DNA of 20,000 nt from Atractiella rhizophila (Eukaryota), in NCBI GenBank assembly GCA_021432655.1, contig MU271443.1, positions 45,143 through 65,142 of the forward strand, in the 5' to 3' direction. Every line of letters starts with the position of its first letter. Position 1 is the stretch's first letter. Position numbers and translations under genes: made by a program. The notes under the pieces are model-generated. The model was not told the DNA's origin and ran no database searches. It saw only the letters and a program-made list of their open reading frames with translations. This document shows positions 18,522 to 20,000 of the stretch, one piece after another.

Positions 18522-20000
18522 ATGTCGTTTCTTTACACACTCCCAACCACAGGTCAGGTCAACTTCGGGACACTACTCACTGCAACGGCCACATCCTCCA
18601 TATCAAGCGTGAACATCCAGTTGACGACCGCTACTGCTTCTCGTTCACGCCTCCGTGGAGTCTTAAAAGCATTGAAGAGGGAGAAAGAGAAGGGGAAAGA
18701 TGGAGATCTGCACAAGGGTTGGTTAGGCGTTATCCAGGTTCGTTCACCTTCACAAATGAATGATGTTGCTGATCAACTCTTTACTTTCCAAGGCCGCTGA
18801 AGACTATCTACCTTTCCTGGTAGGCATCCTGAAAGGAGTTGAGGATGGAAGTCTAGAGCTGAAAGGCGAGCCAGGTAGCTGTTCCTTCCTCTTGTGTCAT
18901 AAATTTTCCTGACCTTGACTGCACAAGTGTTCAGCTGGAGATCTACGCTCTCAAAGAATCAAAACCCGATGAAACCATCTCCACGCATCGAAGTATACGG
19001 CTTGTACGCGCTCCCTCATACATTTTCTCTTATTGAGCGCCATGTAGACGTTCCGACCTGCTCTTCGTGCTCACGACGCTCCTAATGGCACTTAGCAACC
19101 ACAGCATCTCCATTTTATCCGGCATCGGGTCGTACGAACTCGACACGACCCTAACCGACGCTCAGCGGAAAGCCAAAGACGCACAACTGAACTCTGCCGT
19201 CGACTGTCTCTGTCGGGCAGCGGGCATCGCCGCATGGATGGGCTCTGCTGAGGGGATTGGACGATGGGAAGGAATGGGCAAGGAAGGGACCGCGGGAAAA
19301 GGAAAGGGGAAGGGTAAAGAGGCACCAATCGAATTGACGAGTGAGATGATGCAGGACTCTCCATGCGTGCGTTCATCCTCCTTTGTTTCCTGCAATGCGC
19401 GCGTCTGACAAGGTCATCGAAGAATATCCCTCGCCGATGCAGAGTCCCTAGCAATCCGTCGACTCCTCTCACTTTCCAAGACACACTCCTACCTAACAAT
19501 CACCCCAGGCCCTCCTCTACCTAAAGGCCATCCATCTCCCTCTATCCTCTCCAGGTTGCATCTCCAGGTTCGCTCCTCTTATCAACGGGTCTTTCACTGC
19601 TCTCCTCCTCCTCCCTCTCAGAGGATTTCAAGCGCTATCTAGTAGAAGGAGAGCAAATGTCTTCTCTCCTCGCCTACAAATGGCTTGGTGTCGATGCTGG
19701 CGAGAATGGGACAAAAATCGGAGAGGCTATTGGATGGTTGGGGATGGCGAAGGAGGGGATGAAGGAAATGGTCGGGAGGGGATTGGGAAAAGAGAAGGAA
19801 AGGAAGAGGAAGAGGGTGAAAGAGGAACTGGAGGCTGTAGAGACCTATTTGAAGGCTTACAAGAAAGTCAACGATGCTGTATGTCTTCCTTTCAAGCCAT
19901 ATCCTTTGAAGTGGAGTCCAATGCTGATGTCGTGATAGGTGTCATTCCAAACTGTTCCTGAGAAGGGAGAGCTCCTAGCTAAAGTGCCTTCTGGTATCTC
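18522..20000 (+). CDS. palC: Bro1-domain pH-response protein PalC; exons 18522-18737, 18793-18874, 18928-19003, 19048-~19365, ~19423-19878, 19939->20000; runs off the window; two apparent 1-nt deletions (~19350, ~19590)
   Basis: Motifs MSFLYTLPTTG, AAEDYLPFL, VFSWRSTLS, AVDCLCRAAGI, SLADAESLAIRRLL, TPGPPLPKGHPSPSILSRLHL, AYKWLGVDAGE..KIGEAIGWL and YKKVNDAVSFQTVP..VPSG. These match the basidiomycete PalC pattern. Confidence 0.85.

Noticed and set aside
19340..19600. Frameshifts in PalC
   Set aside because: Two isolated 1-nt losses with conserved sequence on both sides; same error pattern as NMD3 and BUD23.

Overview
Eukaryotic, intron-rich fungal genomic DNA, most likely basidiomycete (most introns 44-66 nt; basidiomycete-type Pcl cyclin and PalC). 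It is a draft assembly with three N-gaps and several probable single-base indel errors. From left to right: the 3' part of a TRAF-type zinc-finger/coiled-coil gene with a perfect 21-bp minisatellite; an intact but diverged duplicate of the last two ornithine decarboxylase (ODC) exons; the complete ODC gene (SPE1, - strand); a hypothetical gene; a divergent Pho85-type cyclin; a TpA-rich degenerate region; the 3' end of a PPxY-tailed protein; a head-to-head BUD23/NOC2 pair; a probably mitochondrial hemerythrin (HHE) protein; NMD3; and PalC (Bro1 domain). Three leads stand out. (1) An AUG-less 77-codon uORF ending NRPPSTLEQK*, whose stop overlaps the ODC AUG, in an upstream region with no AUG for 460 nt; this is a candidate polyamine-sensing uCC-type element. 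(2) An 862-nt, extensively self-complementary intron in BUD23, a candidate host for an unannotated structured ncRNA. (3) A duplicated ODC 3' cassette whose differences are mostly synonymous or intronic and whose splice sites are intact. All calls were made by eye, without database searches.
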